64,000 nt of DNA from Pavona decussata. Its lineage: Eukaryota. Shown piece by piece: positions 63,859-64,000 of the stretch. The notes under the pieces are model-generated. The model worked only from the letters and a program-made list of their open reading frames with translations. It was not told the DNA's origin and ran no database searches. Positions within the stretch are counted from its first letter, which is position 1, and every line of letters begins with the position of its first letter. Location: assembly GCA_977016875.1 (NCBI GenBank), contig CDRNST010000087.1:1-64000 (forward strand), read 5' to 3'. The position numbers were made by a program, and so were the translations under genes.

Positions 63859-64000
63859 CTGGTTTGGGTCGAAGGCTGACATAGTGATGCTCGTGCAGGT
63901 GTCCAAGTACAAGCTGGCTGCTGCTGCCAACATCACATTCTGGACGGATAGTTAAGTCATGTGGCAGACTGCTGATCACGTGGATGCATGTTTGAAAGCA
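63859..64000 (-). CDS. Partial exon: C-terminal part of an OTU-like deubiquitinase domain
   Basis: CFQTCIHVISSL...QLVLGHLHEHHYVSL resembles the OTU I.V.S strand and His-box. Donor CCAG|GTAGAG. The Cys-box would lie outside the window. Confidence 0.65.

Larger units (their letters stand above)
52093..64000 (-). pseudogene. NLR (OTU?-PNP-NACHT-LRR) gene, disrupted copy, 5' end outside window
   Basis: Phase-1 compatible exons 63859->64000, 61077-61676, 57805-57993 and 52093-54562. Lesions: MITE 52904-53246, 1-nt deletion near 52787, 62-nt insertion 52643-52704, 2-nt deletion near 52238. Confidence 0.8.

Overview
AT-rich, intron-containing animal DNA, most likely a stony coral or other anthozoan (inferred from gene content and repeat types), with two assembly gaps (2299-2497, 16335-16552). 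Four main elements are present. (1) A Penelope-like retroelement (RT plus C-terminal GIY-YIG, 8-1570 +) with a minimal hammerhead ribozyme just 3' of its ORF. (2) A usherin (USH2A) gene on the minus strand; I chained 33 exons by hand with consistent splice phases from ATG 44947 to 2632 (about 4,900 codons), and the 3' end is not visible. (3) GLE1 on the plus strand (2 coding exons, 729 aa), head-to-head with usherin across 599 bp. (4) A minus-strand NLR immune-receptor locus entering from the right edge, with apparent architecture OTU - degenerate PNP/nucleosidase - NACHT - LRR. This NLR copy is disabled by a MITE, two frameshifts and a 62-nt insertion built from inverted copies of both flanks of one breakpoint. 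Introns contain many MITEs, LINE 3' ends, tRNA-derived repeats, two further decayed hammerheads and microsatellites. All calls are by eye; no searches were run.
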